A stretch of DNA of 61,743 nucleotides, counting the filler, from Hausera hauseri (lineage: Eukaryota): NCBI GenBank assembly GCA_046269625.1. It is 11 parts of 11 records of this genome, joined end to end, with 100 filler letters (N's around TTAATTAATTAA, not from the genome) between each part and the next. Parts side by side here need not be neighbours in the genome. Positions count along the whole stretch, not along the records: positions 36,194 to 40,587 come from JBJURY010603666.1; positions 40,688 to 48,819 come from JBJURY010757652.1; 9 more parts are not named here. The stretch is one strand, 5' to 3'. The notes under the pieces are model-generated. The model was not told the origin of the DNA. It was given only the letters and a program-made list of their open reading frames with translations, and did no database searches. The translations under genes and the position numbers were made by a program. Position 1 is the stretch's first letter. Each line of letters opens with the position of its first letter. This document shows, one piece after another, positions 36,194 to 48,486 of the stretch.

Positions 36194-39100
36194 TTTCAAT
36201 GAGTAATTTCAAACGATCCAATGCTGATTCAGCAGACATACTAGAGGTCGGGTATTTTCCAACCCTACCCAAGCTGGGCGATGATGTGGACGGCGTGGAT
36301 GCGCACACTGGCAACATTGTACTCTGTAATGCCTGACTCCGTAGTACTGTAGAGCACTTGGCATATTCATGGACGTGATTTTCGGTGAAAGCGATTGATC
36401 GGATGTTGAAGGTTATAATTGCGATGCCATTTCGCTAGATATTTTTCTTTTTGACTCTCTTTGGAATTGATTTAGGTGTCCATTGTGTTGCTGGTAAAAT
36501 TCCATATAAGACACATCATTTCTGGGTATTGGCACAATAATTCATATACGTTTTACACTAGAACGTTATTTTATTAAAATCATCTAACGGAAACAAATCT
36601 TATATTAACTATTTTTTATTAAAATTTTGATTGACTATGTAACAATTACTATATTGATATTGTTTCCTTAATTTATGTTTCATTTTAAACAAATGTATTG
36701 GTTGATTATATTAGCTTCTTATTTAACCTTAGTTCATGATTTACATCAATCTTCGCGCTAGGTAATAGAAGAAAATATACTAAATATAAAGAGATGTACT
36801 TTAAAACACATCCATAAAACCGAAATATAAAAAAATCGATATTTGTCGAAAATATGTCTAAAACCACCTAAAAATTCATATGTTCAAAGTTCACATGCAC
36901 AGACAAAATTGGTTTTCCTTTGCTATACGTTGACTGACACGTATAAAAACTTTCCGACACATCCATAATCCGTAACCGATGGCCGATCGATTGAACCCGA
37001 ATATGTTTAATTTGGACGAAATTTTTACCCTATTTCCTATGGTGTACCTTTTGCAGATTTTCTGGGTTTTCCATCGTTATTCCGTTTTGGAATGGGTTAT
37101 TTCAATTCGGACAACTTTATCAAATACTGCTCGTCATAGGCTTTCGTTTGATATACTACTCGATACTGGGTTCCATCATCAGTGCACACGCGGGTGTCTG
37201 TGACGTCATCAGTGCATCGTGCATCTTTCATTCAGGTGTCGTTCGACGACCCATCGCCCGATTGTTACGGGACCGATTCCACTTCATCAATAACATTTTC
37301 CAGTTCCCCGTAAATCATTTGTCGGTCCTGCCTCACTTTTTACCTATCGCCCTGTGAAGCTGCGGTACATCCGACCGATTTCTTTCTTTCCTCATTCGAT
37401 GCGCCATTGGTGTCCCATCATTCCTGTGCCACACATGACCATTCATCACTTTCTTCTGACATCCGCTTTTTTCACATTGCACCCCAGCTTCGTGGATGCA
37501 TCGTACAGAATCACCGATGGGATTTTTGAAATCGCCGTTGCCGAACTGACAAACCCAGTACCTGTTTGCGCATCAAGCACACTTCGTATTGGCTGCGAGG
37601 GGAGGGGGTGAGCCTGGACGAGCATTTTTCTGCTACTCAGAATCACTTATATCATCTTTGTGGAGTGAAAAACTCAAAAAATTATCTTGTCACTGAATTA
37701 ATCGTTGCTCAATGCTTATAGTAAGTCTAACAAGGTAAAATAAATTTTATACAGACAATTTTAGAGGTCTGTAGGGTTCGAGAATAATATTGGTAAAATA
37801 GGTTAACTGATATGCCGTTTACAATTAATATTATTGTTATCTCAACAGCAATTGCTGTTAGTAGTAGGATCAATCAAATCTAAACGTCACTCGGAACTGG
37901 TATCAACAATATTTTTGAAGCCTCAACTGGTAGACATCAAAATAAAATCAGATGCTCCATCCGAACTGCTTACGCAAAAGTAGGTTTAGAGTTTTTGTCA
38001 GACTAAGATGTTATCAGCGAAGTTCTTAAATATTTCCAAAGTAGCGAAAATGGGTAACATGTATCTTGTTAATTCCCTATGCATGCGTAGATGAAATCTG
38101 CTCCCCTTAATCTAATTGGAACTTTGTCTCTGTGTATTGTGGCGAAGAAATTTTCCACGTTCGTCTAGAGATCAATCTTATAGTTAAACGGAGATTTATA
38201 CAATTATCAGATAAAATATTTCATTTATTAAATTAAAATTGTTCTAACAGCTGTTCGAACGAAGTGAAATTACTATTCAACATGTTACTGTTGGTCTGTA
38301 ATGGGTGATTATTATTTATCAACTGCGCTTCAATCGCGTCTACTAAGAAACCAAATCATGCGTTCTAGAGTCAATCATAAAAATTTTGTTACCTGAAACA
38401 TAAACGCTGCATTACCAGAATACACATGAACTAATCTTCGACTGATAATGTTGATTTACTGTGGGTATTTGTGATAATTAGCTAAAACACGAAATTTGAA
38501 TCGTCAGTTTTTAAAAGAGAATAAGTGGAGAAACATTTTTGGGAAATTATAAAAAACTGAATAAGTCTGTCATAAGGTACAAAATGAAAAACATTTTTGA
38601 ATATGTAGAATGTTGGGCTCTCCACAAAATATAGCGATTAAGTAATGTATCTTTTATAATTTCCATGGTAATAGCCATTAAGTTTTCTGGCTTTATTTCC
38701 TTTTTAAAACTTATCGATCTGACATATCCACTCTGAAAACTCTGAAAACTCTGAAAGTAATTACCTCCTGTGACTTTTGTCAATAATTAAAATCGATCTG
38801 AAATCTCTACTCTCTAATCTGAACGAAATTAAAAATACAGGCAATTCCAAATTGTCATGACTAATTTAATGACGTTGTGTGTTAGTTTTTAATGACTATG
38901 TACATAATTTTTATTGACTTAGTAATGGTGGTTGTATGGAAAATTGGGTATGTAAGGAAGCATATTTTATGATAGACAATTCTTTTTAACTTGCTATCGC
39001 TGAGCTTCACTACTTACCAGTGAGTATATTTCGATTGATTTTATTTTAACGTAGTGTCTGATTTTCTTCCAAACTGTATATGTCATCACGTTTTATGTAT

Positions 39101-40587
39101 CATGTTTACTTCGTACGATTAATATATTTTATATACGTGAGCTCATTTCTTTTATAGTGTATCCATAATTAACGTTAAGTAAATAAGTAACCGCGGTAAC
39201 TAAGTTGGACCTTTAGCCGACCAGGTCGAACCTACCTGACGGCAGTCTGTCTAATTAAATAACCCAGAGCTAAATAACACATTAAGAAGTCAAATTAAAA
39301 TCAGCATTCACGGCCACTGACCCAACACATCACTATATAGGATAGGATTAGGTTAGGTTCTTACACCTGTCTCGCCCCCTGCAAGCGTTTAAAGTAAAAG
39401 GGATAAACTTGTTCTCCCCATTAATTTCAATTTACGTAATCAATAAGTCTCTCCAAATCAGAATTAGTGATGATTGAACATTACTATCAGAAGGAATTTT
39501 TATAATAAAAATGTTTTCCGTAGCATATAGCAACACAATTCATTAGAAAACAGGATCTCACTTAATAATACGCAAAGACATAAACAGTTAAAGTGTTTTT
39601 GTTATAAATTTGACTGCCTCTGAGGCGCAGTTCCTGTTGTGTGAACTGCAAAGATGTCTATTAATTAGACAGTTTCATTATAGACAATTATGTATCAGAT
39701 TTTTACCTGTTAATTAATCATGATTGTACACAATTCTAATGCGAAATTATGACGTGCATTGTTGTGATTTTTTTGTCTTTGCTATTAGCAGTATATATAA
39801 TCACAAAAATTAGAAAATATAAAATAAAGAAGAAAACGAATGAGTTATTCTATAAATCATTTATTGCGTTGTATGAACCTAATCAAATTGAGCAAAATGA
39901 AGGAATGTTACTCGAGGTTTCAACCATTTTCGGATGTCAACTGAATCGATAGGATTCGACACCCGGGGAATAGAAAGAAAAATTTCTCCAAGTGGGTATT
40001 GATTCTCTCTTTTTGGGTTATTTTGTAAATTACTTTAATTGTCATCTTTTAATTTTTTTTGGGACCTAAATAGTTTGATTGGAAAAGTAGTTTGTGTGTC
40101 ATTAGAAAAATTGTGGACTATTTGTCCAATTGCCACAATTTTCTAATTGTGATTGTTAATTTATTAGTGCCTATCTGTTTTCTTTTGTTTAAGTAGGCCT
40201 TTACTACTACGGTTGTTTGTTTGATCTCTTGTTTTTTTATTTGGGTGCGAAGTAATTTACAGTTATTGAACTTTGGTAGTATTGAATAGAGACAACAGAA
40301 AGAAAAAGGCTAAGGACGTTGGAAACGGTTTATATTAGAATTGAATTACTGTTACAGAAGCTTACGAACTTTCCAACGCTTTGAGGCGTTATCGGAGTCG
40401 AGTAAAACGACACGTCTGGCCATTCGGGTGCTCCACTTTTGCAGTGTTTTTCCATACGTGATTGGGGAGTTCTCGTGTTGCCAACTTAGTCGCTAGCAAG
40501 TTATTTTAATTCGGTAAGATTTGTGAGATACGTAATTGAACGAGTGATTGAAGAATTATCTTTTTCTAATAATAACAAAATAGTGAA

Positions 40588-40687
40588 NNNNNNNNNNNNN
40601 NNNNNNNNNNNNNNNNNNNNNNNNNNNNNNNTTAATTAATTAANNNNNNNNNNNNNNNNNNNNNNNNNNNNNNNNNNNNNNNNNNNN
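40588..40687. other. Artificial contig spacer
   Basis: N44-TTAATTAATTAA-N44. Confidence 0.98.
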
Positions 40688-40729
40688 AATTGTTATTCCA
40701 TATATAATCCAAAGTGAATTTTCACCTCC

Positions 40730-40918
40730 TTGGGAAAAGAATGTGCCATTTGTTTGAGTGAATGCTCAATGGACCAAATAGAATTAATTACAAGTAAGCA
40801 TCAATTCTGCCGTCAGTGCATAAAAGGATGGTTTGCACCTGAAACCTCTTGTCCAAAGTGCCGCACTAACATTAAATTATTCCAATATGGAAATAACTAT
40901 TATACTGTAAAGAATTGA
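40730..40918 (+). CDS. RING finger protein, C-terminal fragment
   Basis: CAIC..SKHQFCRQC..W..CPKCR (one ligand Cys reads Ser). Confidence 0.75.
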   Translation: MGKECAICLSECSMDQIELITSKHQFCRQCIKGWFAPETSCPKCRTNIKLFQYGNNYYTVKN

Positions 40919-41153
40919 TAAATAAAATTTTAGTATTAAAATTTTGTGATGTTATAGAGTATATTGTATTTTAGCTGAAATGCAAAAGGTCAAAAAACTG
41001 TAATTCCAAACACCTAGACAGTATGAATATGTCAGACCAGTACAATCTAATACAGTACAATATATATTACATTATCAGAATAGACAATTCGGACCAGCGT
41101 TATTTATTAAAAGACAAATAAGTTACTCCAAGGCTATAGTATTAGATAACTCT

Positions 41154-42197
41154 ATGAGAGATACACAAAACAGAAAGATATCGTTTTTAAAATACCGAAA
41201 TGCGCCTATTCCAGAAGAACTAGCACAAGCATATGTTAAAACCGGATTATACAGAACTACAACAGGACAAATTAAATGCATTTATTGCCAAGGAAAATTC
41301 CAATATAAACAAACGAAAGATCGACAAAATGAAATACATAAGAAATCACATGCTACTTGTCCTTATTTATTAAATCTCGATATCAGTAATATACCGTTTA
41401 TAGATACTTTTGTTAAAAGACCTGATTCAGATAAGGATACGAATTATGACACAACAATGTCAGTAAAAATAATTTACTCAACGGATAATACAGTGAAAGA
41501 AAATGTATATTGGATTTCAAACACAGTGCAAAAGAGAAAATTAACCTTCAATGGAAAAAGAGAAATTGAATATCTAGCTGAACAAGGACTAATATTGATA
41601 TCTAAGGAAGAAAAACAGTATGTCAAATGCACTATATGCTTAAAAGAAACGTACTGGTTAGAAAACCCCGATCAACGATGTCCAAAAATATTACATACCA
41701 ACAAGTGCGAATATTCAGCAAACAGAACCTTCGATAATCACACCAAGAGACAATGCAGAATACAATTCAATATCGGAAAACTATATGAATGTTACCAAGA
41801 TAATTTAGCAGCTACATCAGTGATATCCAGACATCCTACCAAACGAGAAAATATTCTACAGTACATTAAATATCGGACAGAAACTCAGTTGGACTGGTCG
41901 CCAAATGTATTCGAACTATGTCAGAATCTAAATTTTATCTCCCCGGAGAAAGAAAGAAAACACGAACGAAATATTCTCAACAACCTTTATCTGCGTGGTC
42001 TAGAATGCGTGATTTGCTATGTGGATGTAGCACAAGTCATTTTCTTGCCTTGCGGTCATTTGAAAACATGCGAGAAGTGTTCAAATAGAACAGCGAATTG
42101 CCCAGTTTGTAAGAGTATTATAGAAAGACAAGTGACGTATTTTCAGTTTTCAGAAGAAAATAGTGAAATAACTCTGACAGATATGGGCCTTGATTAA
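41154..42197 (+). CDS. Inhibitor-of-apoptosis (IAP)-like protein: BIR, divergent BIR, RING
   Basis: BIR1 CIYC-x16-H-x6-C exactly; BIR2 LAEQG..CTIC..H..C; IAP-type RING CVIC..VIFLPCGHLKTCEKC..CPVC. Confidence 0.9.
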   Translation: MRDTQNRKISFLKYRNAPIPEELAQAYVKTGLYRTTTGQIKCIYCQGKFQYKQTKDRQNEIHKKSHATCPYLLNLDISNIPFIDTFVKRPDSDKDTNYDTTMSVKIIYSTDNTVKENVYWISNTVQKRKLTFNGKREIEYLAEQGLILISKEEKQYVKCTICLKETYWLENPDQRCPKILHTNKCEYSANRTFDNHTKRQCRIQFNIGKLYECYQDNLAATSVISRHPTKRENILQYIKYRTETQLDWSPNVFELCQNLNFISPEKERKHERNILNNLYLRGLECVICYVDVAQVIFLPCGHLKTCEKCSNRTANCPVCKSIIERQVTYFQFSEENSEITLTDMGLD

Positions 42198-42337
42198 TAA
42201 CCAATATAAATTTAATTGAATAAATGTTATTTAGTTCATATGAATTTGTTGTGATAAAATTGAATAAATTTATTGTAGAATTACCGGTTATCAACAGTAT
42301 GACTCTAATCAACCTTAGTGAGTAAACAGTTCAAGTA

Positions 42338-42787
42338 ATGAAAATAAAGAATCAACCACCTAAATTAGGATATCAATGGTACAGATTGTATAATAGCTCT
42401 GTACTCAACAAGATAACCGAATTGGGATACTCGAAATATTTGGCAATGATTGCTATTAAAACTAATGAGAAAGCAGAATACGAAGCATCACCAAAAATGA
42501 TTACCTATATATACCAAGTGCAATTAATGGATAACAATTACTATCAAGGAATTTAATATTTGATTTCAACATTAAAAGAAAAAGAGAAAAAAATAAAAGA
42601 AAGATGCATAGACCTTAGCCGTGCAGTTTGGATTTGTGTAAGTTGTAGAAAAAGTCAAGCCAATATATTTTACCTACCATGTGGACATATTATTCATGTA
42701 AGATTTATGTACCTAAAGGTTCCATGTTATCAAAATGTGCTATATGTGAATTGTCCATAGACGAAGTGTGTACTATATACATATAAT
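42338..42787 (+). pseudogene. UBA-like, coiled-coil and IAP-type RING (IAP C-terminal half without BIR)
   Basis: KITELGYSKYLAMIAI (UBA-like); CVSC..IFYLPCGH..CAIC with a stop and a frameshift. Confidence 0.65.
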
Positions 42788-42790
42788 AAA

Positions 42791-45420
42791 ATGGATAATA
42801 ATCTAGTCTTCCTTAATAACAATGACGCAGGGACACCAGTACAACACTCGATCCGAGGATGACTGGCACAGGGTCAATCAACAGCAATTAATGAGATTGC
42901 TTTAGATGAAGGAAATATTAGCCCTACTAAAAGTTCGGATACGTTGAGCACAACATCCGCCCCAGGAACACTAACTGATATTGATTCATTACAATTGTCT
43001 CCTGCTGCGATACAACATCAATGGGTAAGAGGAGTTAATGGTCGACGAAGGCCATCCCGAGAGCAATATCGTAATGCATTTAACTCACGACACTTGACGC
43101 AGAGAATAACTAACCAGGAATTAGAATGCCGAACACGTTATGAAGTATATAATATAAATGTAAATGATCTCAGAATAAGACAGAATCGAACGTATGACAG
43201 TATACAACAACTAATTGAAGAAATACAAGATATACCCCGACAAGGAGGAGGAGTTGCAATAGAAACAGATGTTATAAATAATGGTATAAGATTGGACGAA
43301 GTCGAATGAAAAATCACCCAAACAGAGCAAAAAGTGAATAATAATAGTATGGGTTTAAACAAATTGGGTGCGAAAACTGGTCAACTTGCACAAGAGGTTA
43401 GCATCTATTCTAGACAAATGCGTGATATTCGACAGCAAACTATTGAACATATAGCTGCATTATATAGGAATAGAGAACAGATAGATAATAACGAAAGACA
43501 AGTAAGGCAAAGGATAAACTATATGCAAAATCAAGTAACAATTATAGTAAATGAACAGGACTAAATTCAAGAAGGAAATAACTGTACTAGAAACCAAATA
43601 GAAACGTTGCCGCGAGATATAGATCGATTGAATGAACGTCTTGAGCAAGTAAGGACAGAGGAAATAATAGCCCAACGTCAGGAAGAAGTACGCACACCCG
43701 AATTCTCAGTAGAGGTAGGTTCAATGTCTTGTGAAACCTCCGATATCAATAGCAGCAACATGGAGCCACAAGGAGATAATCGAGGGCCAATGGCTCATTT
43801 AAACGGATATAACTGCGACCCTAACAATAATAACGCGGCCTACGATTTACCAAATTACAACGAAAGGCGAAGAGAAGAGAAATATCAAACACTTCCTCGT
43901 CTTCAACCATATGAAGGACGCATATCGGACTTGGAATATTTCCTGGACTAATATGAATCTCTGGCCACAGCTATGCATTGGAATGATGCCAAGAAAATAT
44001 CACTTCTATTAGTGCATGTGAATAAGGATTTAAGGATGGCAATAACGCGTCTACCTCCACGAGTAAACGAAACTTGGTTGCAACACAGAAAAAGGATTTT
44101 ACAAAATCAGCAGGTCAATATATAAGAGAAACGATATCTAAAATTTCAAAATTGCAAACAGAAACCAAACGAATAAGTGTTGACTTATATTAATAGATTT
44201 AAAACAGCAATGAGTAGATATTTTAGCCATAACGCAAACACCTTTGGTGCCATGATTATGAAACAATTTGTACTTGGACTTTTACCACCCTTAAGAGAAG
44301 GAGTTAAGTTCCATACTCTTAATAACATTAACGAATTGATAGACTATACTAGAAAAATGGCAACACGGATAGATGAGATACCCTTATGGACTGATCAAAC
44401 GCAAATAGCAGCAGTGGCTACAACATCATTATTAGTTAGACCAGATGTACCAAATCGTAGTAATTCACCTTGGAGAAATTCTTCAAGAAGTCAAAGTCCT
44501 AATCGTCAAGGTACCAATACCCCACAGCGAAGTAATACTCCAGAGAGAGGAAGCTTTAACCAGTCATCCAGAAATTACAATCAAAGAGACACACAATACC
44601 AGCAAAGTAGGGGAAATTACAATGATCGACAGCGAAACGATAAAACACGAGGTGATTCAAGAGACAAAAATGACAACAGAAGTCGATTCCCTAGTACAAA
44701 AAGATATAGCAACGACCAAAACTTCGGGCGTTACGATTATAGAAACCCATTCTATAGACGAGATGGTAATTGAACACGATACCCAAACAACCGTTAAGAA
44801 GAATCAAAATCTAATTATTCTAACGACAGGCGAAGTGAAAGTCGTGAAAGGTTTAGAAGAGATGATAGTCGAGAAAGATATAATAATTTTAATAGAAACG
44901 ACAGTAGAGAAAGGAATAACCGGCGAGGTGATAGTAGAGAAAGAAATAGCTTTAGAAATGACAATAGAAGTGGGTATAATAATTCAAGATCAGGAAACTA
45001 TAACAGAAGACGTGATTATACTTCATCTCGACGAGAATCGGATAGATATAATAGAAATCCTATTCCATACCCTTCAAGAGATCAAAACCGAACTCCTTCC
45101 CCCAGATCAAGTAGCGATAATAATAGGTATACTCGATCACCGGACTACAGTTCCAGACGAAATGAATCATCGCCAAATAGAACTACCTCCACATTCAGGT
45201 ATAATAGGAATGTGACACCAGAATATTCCAAAAATTTCAATAAAAGGAAAGTGGATTCAACAACGCCATCTTACAGCAATCCTTAAAAAGAAAAAGGAAA
45301 TTTATCAGATAATAAGAAAAGTAATAACGACGAACGAAATGTCTCACCTCGTCGTTAGGTAACTTTTAATGAACAAACTAAATCAGCCTTTACGGGCTTA
45401 GTAATAGCAAAACCCATAAT
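42791..45420 (+). pseudogene. gag: Gag: coiled coil, retrotransposon capsid domain, long Arg/Ser/Asn/Asp-rich tail
   Basis: One frame from ATG 42791 with about ten premature stops; PYEGRISDLEYFLD*YESLATAMHWND, CKQKPNE*VLTYINRF, QFVLGLLPPLR. Confidence 0.8.
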
Positions 45421-45559
45421 GGAACACCATCAAGTTACATCCAAACCACCAACCAATAGTTCTATACTGGAAAAACCCTTCATAACTAGAAAGCATTTGG
45501 ATCAGGCAGAACGGAAAGTACCAGATATTCAAAGTAATACACTCCCATACATGTTATGG

Positions 45560-46830
45560 CCAGAAACTAAAGAAATCAAAAATTTACTTTTGACCTTTGT
45601 AGCAATAGATAAAATTAATGAAGAAGCACAGGAACCCAAAATTAACCGAATAAGAATAGACAACATTGAAGATGATTTGATAATTGAATTAAAGAATGTA
45701 TATCTGGAAAAAGAAAAACACTATGAAAATCTTAGACAATTATTCTGTGGAAAACTCATAGTCGGAATAGAATTACCATGGCTATTTAAAGAAATACAAT
45801 TAAAAGAAACTGATATCTTTGGTACATTCAGTGTAGACCAGAATTTTAACTTACCAGATGATTAATGGGAAAGAGAAAGTACATTACCACAACAATTAAA
45901 TAATTTACGAAAGAGTACAAAACCAAACTTAGTCGTCAAGGATCTCCATATTTCATTTTTCCAAGCAACCCTTCGTACAGGGACGACGGACGTCCCGAAC
46001 ATAAAATAACATTTAATACTACCCTAATTCCAGAGGCAGTACTAGAGCGCATGGACATGGATATTGTTCAGAAATGGGATAAACTGTTTGTAGACAAGAA
46101 AACTAACCGAATAGAGTTCACGGACATCACCGAACAAGGACCAACTTGCATGGAAGGGATTGATAAAGTCTACCTTAAAAGGACTGATATTCGAATCAGA
46201 AGAAATGACCAGCCATGTGCTATAATTACCAATCAGGGAAAAGCTCGATTGAAAATTAATGATAAGATGGTAATAGTTTCTAAGGAAACTAAGATACTCC
46301 CTAATTACCCCTATGAAGGAGACTATCAGATTCAACCTTTAGGTGATTGCCCGATATACTTAATACAATTATTTAAGGAAACACCCGTGTTAATTGTGTA
46401 CGAACCCGTGAAGCAGGACAAAGAGATAGTTCTCACTGGTAGATGTATAACTAAAGGAAACCAAAAGGGACTTGCTCAGGTTACAGCTAAAAACTTAGAA
46501 GGAGAAATAATACTTAATAATCATGTATATCCAAATATACCAGATACTACAAAGTATACTGAATAGAGTCGACGGTCTAATCTCCAACGCCAAGAGTCGG
46601 TAAGTGAATTTATGAATAAGTATTTGCCAGGAAATATAATCATCGGACGATGTTTACGAGAGCTATTAAACACTTTGAAAATAAATTACGTAAATTTAAC
46701 CGCTATTTATGATTTGGAGCAAACTAACAAAAAATACAAATGTTTAGGCTTATATAATGGTCATAACTTAGAAATTATGGCACAAAGATGTCAATACCAA
46801 TACCTAAAGACAGTACGAGTGGAATACAAT
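45560..46830 (+). pseudogene. Two degenerate DEDDh (REX4/ISG20-like) exonuclease domains
   Basis: FVAIDK..NRIRIDNIEDDLI..QLFCGKLIVGIEL and LAQVTAKNLEGEIILNNHVYP..YLPGNIIIGRCLRELLNTL..IYDL. Confidence 0.55.
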
Positions 46831-47427
46831 GTGGCATGGATAATAGAAAGCCAAAATACGTTACGAATAGCCTTTCCAGCAATAGACGAAATGGAGAAAA
46901 CTGAAGAAGCTAGAGCAATTTCAGGAATTGAACCAATCGCTCAAAGACATCCGGATATGGATTCCGACGAATATTCACACGAGTCTGAGAGAATTAGACT
47001 AACCGGGGAATGGATAGACCAGTATGATGATAGATTAGTTGCACCAATTACCCAACCGAAGGTTCTGCCCCAACGACCAACATAATTCGAAGATATCCGA
47101 GATTCAATACAACCCAGTATATCTAAGAAGGAACCTCAGATAATGGACGATGAAACATATGAAATCTTAGATGCTGATATTATATCTATATCAGATACGT
47201 TCCATTATTTCGGAAATACATTATCACCAGTTGAAAACCCAAAGATTATTCCGGAAGTGAATATTCCACCAGGATCTATAACATACGGCGAACGCTCGGA
47301 GTTAGTAATAGAAAAAATTACAGCTAAATTACAAATGACTGATCCAGCACCCAATGAGGTATGGGATGCTTTATGACAATATGAGACACAGCCATTAATC
47401 AATCGAATAGAATGCGAACCATTACTT

Positions 47428-48486
47428 ATGCCATTGACAATGGATGATATATTTTGTTTCTTAGCTGCAAGAAAATTATTAAAGACGCTAGGAAGAGAGT
47501 TAAGACGAAAACACCAAAGAAAACCACCGTATATAATAAATATAGAAATTAAAACCAATAAACGCGAACAAATAATTAAAGTAACAACGGGAATGTTTAC
47601 TAAATTCACAGACCTTCGAAGAAAGGTACTAGACGAATTAGATCTCGAAACTAATATAATAGCAAAAACTAATTTTTATGGCAGATTAGCCGTTGACAAT
47701 GATCATGTTGTGGATTATGGACTACTTACTGGAAAGATCTACCAGATTACTATGGAAATAGTCAATAAGAAAAGGGGAGGAAGATCGAGGAAATGTGATT
47801 TTAACCCAGTAAGTGACGATGAAGAAAAACCTGAAGAGGAAGAAAAACCAGGAAGGCAAAGAAAGAGAAGACATTTGTCACGAAAACGTAGGGAACAACA
47901 GGAAACAGTAGAAGATATATTATATGACAAATTCCAACGATTTACCATTAGTGACGATGAAAACGAACCAACACAAAATCCAATTTCAGGAACATCAAAC
48001 CAGAGTGACGTAAATGTACCAAAAGTGACATTGACAACTCATGAACTTCTAGAACAGTTAATTAAGAAAGCAAACCCAAAACAACTTAAGAAAATACCAG
48101 CAATTACAACAATTACACTACTTTCCATAATAGAAACTGCTGGAAACTTTTCGTCACAAATCACAAGGTTATTACACAAATACGAAATGAAAGGAGGTTT
48201 AAATAAAGCATTGACACGGTTATTAAAGGACTGTGATCAGAATCGATTATTGATGGCTTTTGGATTCATAGTGGTTAGTTTTAAAAAACAAACAGCGATC
48301 GATGCTAAATTACATCACACGATAAGGGAATTAGCCTATCATATGGATGAGCTAACAAAAGATTGGGTAACAAAACATGGTGGTTGGGATGAAATCCTCA
48401 AGAAATTCGATCCCACCACATTAATATATCCTAAGAATACCAATATCTCTTGGTGGTACAAATCATTCACTTGCTACTATACTTAA
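47428..48486 (+). CDS. BH3-like motif, ubiquitin-like domain, basic/acidic linker, Bcl-2-family domain
   Basis: LKTLGREL; INIEIKT..FYGRLAVDNDHVVDYGL..KKRGG (47536-47781); BH1-like DQNRLLMAFGF; BH2 DWVTKHGGWDEILKKF. Confidence 0.8.
   Translation: MPLTMDDIFCFLAARKLLKTLGRELRRKHQRKPPYIINIEIKTNKREQIIKVTTGMFTKFTDLRRKVLDELDLETNIIAKTNFYGRLAVDNDHVVDYGLLTGKIYQITMEIVNKKRGGRSRKCDFNPVSDDEEKPEEEEKPGRQRKRRHLSRKRREQQETVEDILYDKFQRFTISDDENEPTQNPISGTSNQSDVNVPKVTLTTHELLEQLIKKANPKQLKKIPAITTITLLSIIETAGNFSSQITRLLHKYEMKGGLNKALTRLLKDCDQNRLLMAFGFIVVSFKKQTAIDAKLHHTIRELAYHMDELTKDWVTKHGGWDEILKKFDPTTLIYPKNTNISWWYKSFTCYYT

Noticed and set aside
36194-37650. Possible minus-strand LINE ORF1/endonuclease remnants
   Set aside because: Only a short ITFNIRS-like match; no supporting motifs
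44445-45215. 256-aa Ile/Glu/Thr-rich ORF
   Set aside because: Shadow frame of the low-complexity RS-rich Gag tail
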